A model generated the notes under the pieces. That model searched no databases. It was not told where the DNA came from and saw only the letters and a list, made by a program, of their open reading frames with translations. From Crocosphaera subtropica ATCC 51142 (lineage in GTDB: Bacteria > Cyanobacteriota > Cyanobacteriia > Cyanobacteriales > Microcystaceae), in assembly GCF_000017845.1 (NCBI RefSeq), contig NC_010546.1, positions 4,410,001 through 4,442,000 on the forward strand: a stretch of DNA of 32,000 bases, written 5' to 3'. Positions within the stretch are counted from its first letter, which is position 1. The number at the start of each line of letters is the position of its first letter. This document shows, in pieces, positions 1 through 7,934 of the stretch. The position numbers and the translations under genes were made by a program.

Positions 1-16
1 TTGCTGAAAAAAACGG

Positions 17-328
17 CTAGTAAGCTCTAAATTGTTCTACTTCCTCGGTGTAGCGAATGGGTAGAACGTATTCGAGGTTTTCGTGGGGACGGGCAATGAT
101 ATGGGTCGATAGAACCTCTCCCCCATTGACTCGGTTAGCGGCATCGATCCCCGCAGAGACAGATGCTTGCACTTCTGAAACATCGCCCCGCACAATAACC
201 GTAACACGACCGCTTCCAATTTTTTCGTAGCCCACTAAGGTCACACGGGCTGCTTTTACCATAGCATCCGCTGCTTCTACGACAGCAGGAAAGCCCTTTG
301 TTTCGATCATTCCAACGGCAATTGGCAT
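17..328 (-). CDS. ccmK: carboxysome shell protein CcmK (BMC-H hexamer)
   Basis: 103 aa. [57 protein letters not shown]...[23 protein letters not shown] is near-identical in pattern to cyanobacterial CcmK1/K2. Confidence 0.95.
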   Translation of the reverse strand: MPIAVGMIETKGFPAVVEAADAMVKAARVTLVGYEKIGSGRVTVIVRGDVSEVQASVSAGIDAANRVNGGEVLSTHIIARPHENLEYVLPIRYTEEVEQFRAY

Positions 329-918
329 TGTTAATTATCCTCGCTTTAAGGCCAAAACTAAACTTAATTAATGAGAAGCTACCTAAAATTTTCCCTTGGC
401 CCCATTTTGTTTAACTGTCAGAAAAGTTGCTCTTGGATTGGACAATCATCAAGCGAATAGATATATTTACCTAACAGCTTTGATTACCTTATCCTAGTCA
501 AACTTAATTCTTCTAGTGTTAAAGGCTAGGCGAAAAATTTGCACGGGGGTAGCTAACTTATCAACCTTCTATATAAACAATAGAGAACCTTGGCCCCTTT
601 GACAATATAAACCGCCATGATATTTTCTAATCTGATGGTTAATCAAAGTTAATAGTTAAGCTCAAATCTAGGGGGGATGTTGTTTTATCCCTGACTGAGA
701 CTTGCTCTGAGGGATCGGACTGTTTTATAATTTCTTCATCATGAGGACTAAAAATCCTCAATTAACTGATGACAGGGAATTTAAGGGGCTAGGGTCTGCT
801 TTTACTTTTGCGGATTATCGTAGATGTCCTTTGTTCTGTTGTATAACTTTTTGAGATAGTTGTTCTAGGCATCTTTTGATTTTTCTGGGTAATCATACTG
901 TTATTAATTAATAATTAA

Positions 919-1065
919 GGGTCGTCATCAACTTGTCCTCACTGTCATAAAACTAGAGATAAAGTTCATCAATCCCATTGGTATCGAGTGAGGGATATTC
1001 CTTTAAGTAGTTTTGATGTTTTTCTAATGGTTAATCGTCGTCAATTTGGATGTAAAAGAGGAAAG
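919..1065 (+). pseudogene. ISL3-family transposase remnant (N-terminal zinc-finger segment only)
   Basis: The frame opens right after a TAA at 916-918 and has no start codon. It translates to ..STCPHCHKTRDKVHQSHWYRVRDIPLSSFDVFLMVNRRQFGCK.., which matches the zf-ISL3 pattern CPxC..x..H..Y.R.(V/I)RD(L/I)P......V.L....RR(F/Y).C. No HTH or DDE domain follows, and the frame stops at 1108. Confidence 0.55.
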
Positions 1066-1230
1066 AGTTATGCAGCAGGGTTAGGAGATTTAGAGAGTAG
1101 AAAAGATTAAAAATAAAAAAAAGAGCGCAAAAAATTCAGGGACTTAAGAACAGCTATTAATACTCCGATCCTAGACTCTAAAGGCTCAACCCGAATGGTA
1201 GTATTATAATTATTCTCAATGTTGACTATG

Positions 1231-1575
1231 TTAACCTCCACTAATCTTAACTTTATAACCTAAATCTCCTAAAACGGTTAGTAACTTTTGACGATGATCT
1301 CCTTGAATTTCTAGAGTATCTTCTTTAACCGTTCCGCCGCTTCCACACTGACTTTTTAACTGTTTTAATAACTTATTTAAAGTCTCTGGAGAATGTTGAA
1401 AACCAGTCATTACCGTCACCGTTTTCCCTTTGCGTCCTGAACGAGTGGCCTGTATCCTAATATTTTGTTGCTGTGGTGGAAGATCAGGTACACTTCTTTC
1501 TAAAGCTTCTGGGTTAGATCTATCACCAAACTCTTGATAGGCTATAGATTTTGATTGATTACGCTTAGAAGACAT
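1231..1575 (-). CDS. yciH: SUI1/YciH-family translation initiation factor
   Basis: 114 aa. The segment IRIQATRSGRKGKTVTVMTGF...LNKLLKQLKSQCGSGGTVKEDTLEIQGDHRQKLLTVLGDLGY is the typical SUI1 fold signature. Confidence 0.85.
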   Translation of the reverse strand: MSSKRNQSKSIAYQEFGDRSNPEALERSVPDLPPQQQNIRIQATRSGRKGKTVTVMTGFQHSPETLNKLLKQLKSQCGSGGTVKEDTLEIQGDHRQKLLTVLGDLGYKVKISGG

Positions 1576-1696
1576 AATGACGAAGAAAAGAACAACAATT
1601 ACTTGAATTTTACCCTAATCAATAGATATCTCAACGGGTTAACCTCGGTTCAACCTAAAATAATTTGCTTATAAATTAGTTAAAATTATTAGAATT

Positions 1697-2371
1697 CTAA
1701 TTTTTGGCAAAATTAGGATCTTGATTAACAAATTCTTTGGCACTAGAAATAATTAAAACGTCACGAAAACCGAACTGGTTTGATTCAGGATTTTTCAAGG
1801 TAATAGGAGAAGTATAATGTAAGAGTTTTGAATCATTAATTAACAACATTTCTCCAGGATTTAGGACTTTTCTAAAAACGATATTACCCTGATTATCTTT
1901 TAACTGAGTTTCTGAACCTAAGATATTATATTGATTAATACAAAGAATACCTAAAAAAGCAATATCATCACGGTGAAACCCCTCTGGTGTAGTAATTCCA
2001 CCTGCTTTATCAGTGCATTTCGTTCGTTGTGCTTGCACTAAAATTTCATAACTATAGTCAATTTTAAAAGCATTAGAAAACAAGAGAATTGCCTCTTTCG
2101 CATCGTCAAGATTATCGATTTCTGGATAAACTCGAACCAGTCCACCATTAATGGGATTGATAGTTTTATTTTGGTATAAAGGCCTGTGAGGTTGCTTTTC
2201 TATTATATTTTCTTTGACCCGACATCTAGCCAAAGATTTATAACGATATCCTTCTTGAATATAGGGATCTTTGGGAATATTACTGAATAAAGTTTGTAGC
2301 GAGGAAATATTTATGTTTGATCTGAGGTGATAATAAGAGATTGAAGGGTTTATAGAATTGAGTAGGGTCAT
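1697..2371 (-). CDS. 2OG-Fe(II) dioxygenase, PF10014-like (free amino-acid hydroxylase family)
   Basis: 224 aa. It has an HxD motif (PEGFHRDD) and a distal His (KLLHYTSPI). Size and layout match the IDO/LdoA-type family. Confidence 0.7.
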   Translation of the reverse strand: MTLLNSINPSISYYHLRSNINISSLQTLFSNIPKDPYIQEGYRYKSLARCRVKENIIEKQPHRPLYQNKTINPINGGLVRVYPEIDNLDDAKEAILLFSNAFKIDYSYEILVQAQRTKCTDKAGGITTPEGFHRDDIAFLGILCINQYNILGSETQLKDNQGNIVFRKVLNPGEMLLINDSKLLHYTSPITLKNPESNQFGFRDVLIISSAKEFVNQDPNFAKN

Positions 2372-2492
2372 TTTTGCGATTACTTTATCTTATGTTCCTG
2401 TCCTACTACAGAATATAGCAAACTTGTCAATAGGTTGCAATATTTATTTATAAACTAAAATCTTGCACGGACTCAAAAAGTCATTTATATGC

Positions 2493-4319
2493 TTACCAGG
2501 TAGGATTATCATGAATCAGTTCAGTTGCCGTTTCAGCATCCAAGGGTTTAGCAAAGAGAAACCCTTGGCCAAAATGACACCCTAACTTGCGAAGTTGTTC
2601 TAATTGTTCGGTGGTTTCAATCCCTTCTGCTACCACATCCATCGTCATAACTTCAGCAATACTTAAAATAACAGGAACTAACCCTAAATTTTCACTATTT
2701 TTATCAACATTTTTTAAAAAAGAACGATCAATTTTTAAGGTATTAATCGGAAAATTTTGCAATTGACTTAAAGATGAATAACCCGTCCCAAAATCATCAA
2801 TACTCAGTTTAATCCCTCGTTTCCACAATTCCCCTAATAATACTTTAGTGGTTTGTAAATCTTGCATCATAGAACTTTCAGTAATTTCTAATTTCACGGA
2901 ATCCGTATGTAGTTTCGTTTCCATTAAAATTCCATCGATTTCTGCCACTAAATTACTTTGATTTAATTGTTGTGCTGCCAAATTGATATAAATTTTTAAA
3001 TCCGTAAATCCTTGCTGATGCCATTGGGACAGCTGACGACAGGCTTCTTTCATTACCCAACTACCAATTTCACAAATTAAGCCTGTTTCTTCTGCTAAGG
3101 GTAGAAATTCACCAGGAGAAATCATGCCTTTTTGGGGATGTATCCAACGAATTAAGGCTTCAAACCCTGCAATTTTATTCTGTTTTAAATCAATAATAGG
3201 TTGATAGTAAACAGCAAATTCTTCCTGTTGTACCGCCCGATGTAAATCTGTTTGTAAAATTAATAATTTTTTAGCTATTTCATACATTTCGGGGGTAAAA
3301 ATTTGATATTGACCTCTTCCTAAAGATTTGGCTTTATACATAGCCATATCTGCATCTCTGACAATATTTTCAGGATCTTCGTAATCGGGATGACTAAAAA
3401 CAATGCCAATACTAACATTAACAAAAATTTCCTGACCATTACAATAAAAGGGTTGTTTCAATAAATTGAGAATACTTTTTGCTAGTTCTGTCCCTTGAGT
3501 ACATCCAGAAATATCAGATAATAAAATGGCAAATTCATCTCCGCCAACACGGGCAAGAATATCATTTTTTTCAAGGATAGTTTGTAATGCTTGACTAATT
3601 TTTCCTAGCAGAAGATTTCCGACTAAATGACCGAGCGAATCGTTGATAATTTTAAAACGATCGCAGTCTAAAAATAAAACAGCAAATTGATAGTTTTTGT
3701 CCAGTTTCGTGAGAGTTAGAGACTGTTTTAATTGTTCAATCAATAAATTGCGATTGGCTAACCCAGTTAAAGAGTCATACAGTGCCATTTCTTGCAGTCG
3801 GTTATTAGCTTCTTGTAACTGTTGGGTTCTTTCTGTAACTCGTCGTTCAAGTTGGGCATTTAATTGATAAACTTCTTTTTGTGCTGTTCTCAAAGCTAAT
3901 TGGTTTTTGACCCTAACTAAGACTTCTTCCATCTGAAACGGTTTACTAATATAATCTACCCCTCCCATTTCAAACGCTTTCACTTTATCAAAAACATCAT
4001 CCAAAGCACTCAAGAAAATTACAGGAATATCTGCAGTATCAGGATTTTCTTTGAGCTTTTGACAGACCTCATAACCACTCATATCCCCCATCATAATATC
4101 AAGCATAATGAGATCCGGTGGCAGGGTTTTTACTACTTTTAAAGCCATTTTGCCCCCTGTTGCTTTACGGACGCTATAGCCTTGTTCTATTAAAATACTA
4201 GAGAGTACCCTTAAGTTTTCGATGGTATCATCAACGATTAAAATATCTTTGACCCTTAAGGATCTTTGTTCTGCTGCACATTTGAGGAGAAGGTCTGCGT
4301 TTTTAGGGTTAGGGATCAT
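2493..4319 (-). CDS. response regulator with GGDEF and EAL domains (c-di-GMP turnover)
   Basis: 608 aa. REC domain (ILIVDD...DLIMLDIMMGDMSG...K), a coiled coil, an intact GGDEF (RVGGDEFAILL) and an intact EAL (FEALIRW, DDFGTGYSSL, KIDRSF). Confidence 0.95.
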   Translation of the reverse strand: MIPNPKNADLLLKCAAEQRSLRVKDILIVDDTIENLRVLSSILIEQGYSVRKATGGKMALKVVKTLPPDLIMLDIMMGDMSGYEVCQKLKENPDTADIPVIFLSALDDVFDKVKAFEMGGVDYISKPFQMEEVLVRVKNQLALRTAQKEVYQLNAQLERRVTERTQQLQEANNRLQEMALYDSLTGLANRNLLIEQLKQSLTLTKLDKNYQFAVLFLDCDRFKIINDSLGHLVGNLLLGKISQALQTILEKNDILARVGGDEFAILLSDISGCTQGTELAKSILNLLKQPFYCNGQEIFVNVSIGIVFSHPDYEDPENIVRDADMAMYKAKSLGRGQYQIFTPEMYEIAKKLLILQTDLHRAVQQEEFAVYYQPIIDLKQNKIAGFEALIRWIHPQKGMISPGEFLPLAEETGLICEIGSWVMKEACRQLSQWHQQGFTDLKIYINLAAQQLNQSNLVAEIDGILMETKLHTDSVKLEITESSMMQDLQTTKVLLGELWKRGIKLSIDDFGTGYSSLSQLQNFPINTLKIDRSFLKNVDKNSENLGLVPVILSIAEVMTMDVVAEGIETTEQLEQLRKLGCHFGQGFLFAKPLDAETATELIHDNPTW

Positions 4320-4471
4320 TGATTTTTCTTGTTAAGTTGGAAAACACATTGTCGACTTACCCAAATCTTAGTAATAAAGAATAATTACTCATGTATCGAG
4401 TTGGGCAATAGGAAACAAGAAACGGGGAAAATTCTCATTGATACTACTCAAGTTTAATAGATTACAAGTTG

Positions 4472-7000
4472 TTAAACAACGTGGTTTTTACTTAATTCGA
4501 TAATTTCGTCAAATTGAAAATTATCTATTAACTCCTGTAACGCATTTTTAAAAGCGGTTTGTTCTGGGGGGATTTCTTCTAGTAATTTTAATAATGATAG
4601 ATCATTGCCTTCACAAGCTCGTTGATAAATTTGTGCTATCCATTGACTAGGCATTACATTAAGATGTTCATCGGTTAAACTAAATAGACCATGAGTCTGA
4701 TAATCGTCTAGGGTGCTAGGGATTTCCTCCTCATAAATATATTGAACCCCTAAATATTGAGCCATTTTGTCAAAAATCTCTTGAGATCGGAAGGGTTTAG
4801 CAGCAAAATCATCGCATCCACAGTCTAAAACCTCTTGTCGTTGTTCTTCAAAGACACTAGCGGTTAAAGCAATAATCACCGTTGCTTGTCCTTTGAGAGA
4901 GGCTTTAATGCGTTTTGTGGCTTCGTAACCATTCATAATAGGCATTTGCATATCCATCCAGATCAAGTGAGGTTCCCAAGCGTCCCAAAGGGCGATCGCT
5001 TCACGTCCATTGGTTGCTTCTTTGACATCAAACCCCACTAACGTCAGTAATTTTACCAATAAATCTCGATTTGTTTGTTTATCCTCTACCACTAAAATAC
5101 GGAAATGAGGTTGATCAGGGGCTAAAGCCACAGGATAACGGAAGAGAGTAGGGGTTGTGTCCTTACTGGCAGAAATCGCTGGACAAAAATGAATATTAAA
5201 GGTGAAAGTTGTGCCTTCTGTTACCACGCTGTTGACCATAATTTTTCCTCCCATTAAGTTGATAAATTTACTACTAATGGGAAGTCCTAACCCGGTTCCT
5301 TCTCCTGAATTAACCCCTGCTTTAGCTTGAACAAAGGGGGAAAATAATTGCTCTAATTCTTCCTTTTCGATACCTTGTCCTGTATCTTCGACGGCAAAGA
5401 ATAATCGATGACCTTCGCACCAAACTTTAACAGTTACCCTTCCTTTTTCTGTAAATTTGATGGCATTACCGATAATATTAATTAAAACCTGACGTAATTT
5501 TTTTTCATCCGTTCTAATATATTGAGGAACCGTACAATCACGAATAAAAGATAAGCTAAGTTGTTTGATGGTGGCTTTTAGTTGTAATAAAGTTTCTAGT
5601 TCATCTAAGAGATGGTATAAATCAAAATCCGTTTCTTTAAGAACAATTTGACCTGCTTCGATTTTGGACATTTCTAGAACATCATTAATTAAGCCTAAAA
5701 GATGTTCGCCACTATCATTAATGGTTTGTAGGTTATTGCGATGATCTGAGGACAAAGAAGTTGAACGTAACATTAACTGCACATAACCCAAAATGGCGTT
5801 GAGGGGGGTTCTTAATTCATGACTCATACTGGCCAAAAATTCACTTTTGGCATGGTTGGCTTTTTCGGCCGCAATTTTCGCCAATTCTAACTCTTCTGCT
5901 TGGTTTTGAGTTTGTTTAAATAATTCTCCCTGTTGGACTGCCACCCCTAACTGTTGTCCCACCTGTAGTACAATTTGAACCGCAGCATCGTCCCAGTCAC
6001 GGGGAGTGGAGAGTTGATAGGTTAAGATTAATCCCCAGAGTTGATTACTGCAAAAAATAGGCACAACAATATAGGCTTTAGCTTGTAGTTGTTCGAGGAG
6101 ATTGATATAACAGGGGGTAAACCCGGCCTCGTAAATATTTGACACCACCCGATAAGTATTTTTCTTCGTAAAAGGTTCCCCTTGAGACTCTTGTAAATGG
6201 GTATCTTCAATAGTGTTAATGGTGCATTTTTCTTCTTCGGTGGTGGTTAATAATTCTTCTGGAGTGGTGATCAGATTTAATGTTGGCCATCCCTCAGAGA
6301 CAGACTCAGCCACGACTTGACCACTCCAGTCAGGATTAAACTGATAAACGATAACCCGTTCACAGCTAATGGCTTGTCTCAGTTCTTCTGTGGTGGCTGC
6401 AAAAATCTTCTCTAAATTTAGGGTTTGTCGCATCCGTTGAATCACCCTAGTAATGGCTTTTTCCCGTCCTAAAGTTTCTTGTAATTTCTTGGTTCTTTCT
6501 TTGACTTGTGTTTCGAGTTGCGTATTGAGGTTCCGCAGTTTATCTTCTATTTTTTGTCGTTCATCAACTTCTTTTTGTAGTTCTTGGTTGATGGTTTCTA
6601 GTTGTTCTGGGGTTTTCAGAGATAAAAAGGTAGGAATAAGGAACACCATTTCCATCGCCGTATAGCAAGACACCAAAGCAGTGATGGCTTTTTCTATGCC
6701 CGATAACCAATAGAGGGGATACCAAAGGGTCACGATGTCTATCAGATGACCCATTCCACAAAGAATAATAAAAGCCCCAAAGAGAATAAAAACATTTTGA
6801 AAGGGTACATCACTGCGTTTGAAAACAAAATAAAGGAGAAGAATGGGAATGGAAAAATAGGCGATCGCAATTAAACCATCACTGATCACATGAAGGGAAA
6901 CTAAAGGAGTTTGCCATAAATAACAATGGCCGTGGGGGATATAAGCTAAATAGTGGTTAATAAGGTTTGCCAAGAGTTGGGAATTAGGAATAAACAGCAT
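4472..7000 (-). CDS. hybrid sensor histidine kinase with an ETR1-like ethylene-binding domain, GAF, HisKA/HATPase and REC
   Basis: The N-terminal three-TM block aligns with plant ETR1 (ISDGLIAIAYFSIPILLLYFVFK; FGAFIILCGMGHLID, with Cys and His spaced as ETR1 C65/H69; ALVSCYTAMEMV; LSLKTPE). A phytochrome-type GAF follows (VYQFNPDWSGQVVAE...PCYINLLEQLQAKAYIVVPI). Then come the H-box SHELRTPLN, the HATPase G-box GTGLGL, and a REC domain (ILVVEDK...WMDMQMP). The ATG at 7000 is preferred over the TTG at 7066 given in the ORF track. Confidence 0.9.
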   Translation of the reverse strand: MLFIPNSQLLANLINHYLAYIPHGHCYLWQTPLVSLHVISDGLIAIAYFSIPILLLYFVFKRSDVPFQNVFILFGAFIILCGMGHLIDIVTLWYPLYWLSGIEKAITALVSCYTAMEMVFLIPTFLSLKTPEQLETINQELQKEVDERQKIEDKLRNLNTQLETQVKERTKKLQETLGREKAITRVIQRMRQTLNLEKIFAATTEELRQAISCERVIVYQFNPDWSGQVVAESVSEGWPTLNLITTPEELLTTTEEEKCTINTIEDTHLQESQGEPFTKKNTYRVVSNIYEAGFTPCYINLLEQLQAKAYIVVPIFCSNQLWGLILTYQLSTPRDWDDAAVQIVLQVGQQLGVAVQQGELFKQTQNQAEELELAKIAAEKANHAKSEFLASMSHELRTPLNAILGYVQLMLRSTSLSSDHRNNLQTINDSGEHLLGLINDVLEMSKIEAGQIVLKETDFDLYHLLDELETLLQLKATIKQLSLSFIRDCTVPQYIRTDEKKLRQVLINIIGNAIKFTEKGRVTVKVWCEGHRLFFAVEDTGQGIEKEELEQLFSPFVQAKAGVNSGEGTGLGLPISSKFINLMGGKIMVNSVVTEGTTFTFNIHFCPAISASKDTTPTLFRYPVALAPDQPHFRILVVEDKQTNRDLLVKLLTLVGFDVKEATNGREAIALWDAWEPHLIWMDMQMPIMNGYEATKRIKASLKGQATVIIALTASVFEEQRQEVLDCGCDDFAAKPFRSQEIFDKMAQYLGVQYIYEEEIPSTLDDYQTHGLFSLTDEHLNVMPSQWIAQIYQRACEGNDLSLLKLLEEIPPEQTAFKNALQELIDNFQFDEIIELSKNHVV

Positions 7001-7140
7001 TCTAGTTCTGATTGCATATAAGTTATTTTTCCTTTTTATTTTTCCCAAAATGAAGCCCTGACACAAAAATTCACCAACGGTGTTGTGTAAGCTGTTTTCA
7101 GTCCCTAATTAGGAAATACGATACACTAAAAGAACTTACA

Positions 7141-7701
7141 GTGAATGCTATAGATACCAGTAATATGAATAAATCCTATCAAAAAATTGTTGTTATTGTC
7201 TCTGGTTTTGCCTTACTTATCAGTATGACTGTGGCGGGGTTTTCCTTTAGACAAACCCCTTCTTCTTCCCCGGAGGCTAATTCGGAAGCAGTTTCCCCAG
7301 AGGAAAGGTTAAAATCCATTATCGAAGGTTATGAGAGTGTTCTTGAAAGAGAACCGGATAATCCTACCGCTAAACAAGGATTAGAAGAGGCACTTAGAGC
7401 CTTTATTGCCACACAAGCACAAGCGGGAAATTTAGAACAAGCCATTCCTCCCATGGAAAAATTAGCAGCTTTAGTCCCTGAGAATGAGCAGTATCAAGAA
7501 ATTCTCAAACAAATGAAACAAGCTCAACAACAAGCTCAGTCTGCACCTCCTCCAAGTCAACCGGAAGTCACTAACCCTGAGTCCGATGAACCCCTTCCCC
7601 TGATTATTCCAGAGGCTCAAGAAGACTCTAATCCTTTATTAAATCCTCAAGAAAATTCTAACCCTTTATCCCCTTCTGGAACTAATCCCAATCCTAATTA
7701 A
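7141..7701 (+). CDS. hypothetical membrane-anchored, Pro/Gln-rich protein
   Basis: 186 aa. One N-terminal TM helix (IVVIVSGFALLISMTVAGF), a helical TPR-like middle and a low-complexity NP-rich tail. The ORF starts with GTG at 7141, with an alternative ATG at 7165. I recognise no family. Confidence 0.5.
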   Translation: MNAIDTSNMNKSYQKIVVIVSGFALLISMTVAGFSFRQTPSSSPEANSEAVSPEERLKSIIEGYESVLEREPDNPTAKQGLEEALRAFIATQAQAGNLEQAIPPMEKLAALVPENEQYQEILKQMKQAQQQAQSAPPPSQPEVTNPESDEPLPLIIPEAQEDSNPLLNPQENSNPLSPSGTNPNPN

Positions 7702-7740
7702 CCTTAGTTTGGTTCAAGGAATTGGTCTGTTGTGAGGGGT

Positions 7741-7875
7741 AATATGAAATCCTGTTGAATACCATACGTTAAAATAGGGTGAGCAAGGGAAGCAGAGGAG
7801 GCAGAGGAGGCAGAGGAAGATGGATTTACCATAGCAGTTTTAACGTTTAATGATTAGGCGGATTTCATATAAGAG
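7741..7875. repeat. MITE-like hairpin-forming dispersed repeat (full copy)
   Basis: Nested inverted repeats: atatgaaatcc (7742-7752) pairs with ggatttcatat (7860-7870), and acgttaaaa (7766-7774) pairs with ttttaacgt (7838-7846). The core is (GCAGAGGAR)x3 at 7792-7818. A related half copy lies inverted at 22293-22370. Confidence 0.7.
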
Positions 7876-7934
7876 TAATAGGGTGACGGGGAGCAGAGAT
7901 ATCAATCCTATCTCCCAGTCTCCAAAGTCTTCCC

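Noticed and set aside
37-219. Short ORFs nested inside, or antisense to, long well-supported genes: 37-219, 6028-6210, 6453-6665, 6564-6761, 8645-8827, 9062-9310, 11064-11246, 11834-12064, 13836-14051, 15651-15941, 24690-24914 and 31472-31654.
   Set aside because: Each lies wholly within a longer ORF that has clear family motifs. Their translations are low-complexity or Cys/Arg/Ser-rich with no recognisable domain. They are most likely frame artefacts.
1697-2371. The idea that the 2OG/Fe(II) dioxygenase next to the ETR1-like kinase is an ethylene-forming enzyme.
   Set aside because: Its size (224 aa) and motif layout fit the PF10014 amino-acid hydroxylase family, not the ~350-aa EFE/2OG-FeII_Oxy family. 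Sequence gives no support for ethylene synthesis.
6998-7066. N-terminal extensions from TTG or other upstream starts in the ORF track, at 7066, 11254, 21146, 22449, 24528, 26056 and 28139.
   Set aside because: In each case an in-frame ATG lies a few codons downstream, still ahead of the first conserved motif, and the extension adds only non-conserved residues. The ATG starts are preferred, but this is not proven.
7792-7818. Possible CRISPR array or other array-like repeat, from (GCAGAGGAG)x3, the heptamer runs at 16195-16208 and 16484-16511, and the CAT/CAC run at 29030-29090.
   Set aside because: The repeat units are 7-9 nt with no spacers, far below CRISPR repeat and spacer sizes, and no cas genes are present. 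The 29030-29090 run is the His-rich coding tail of cbiX.
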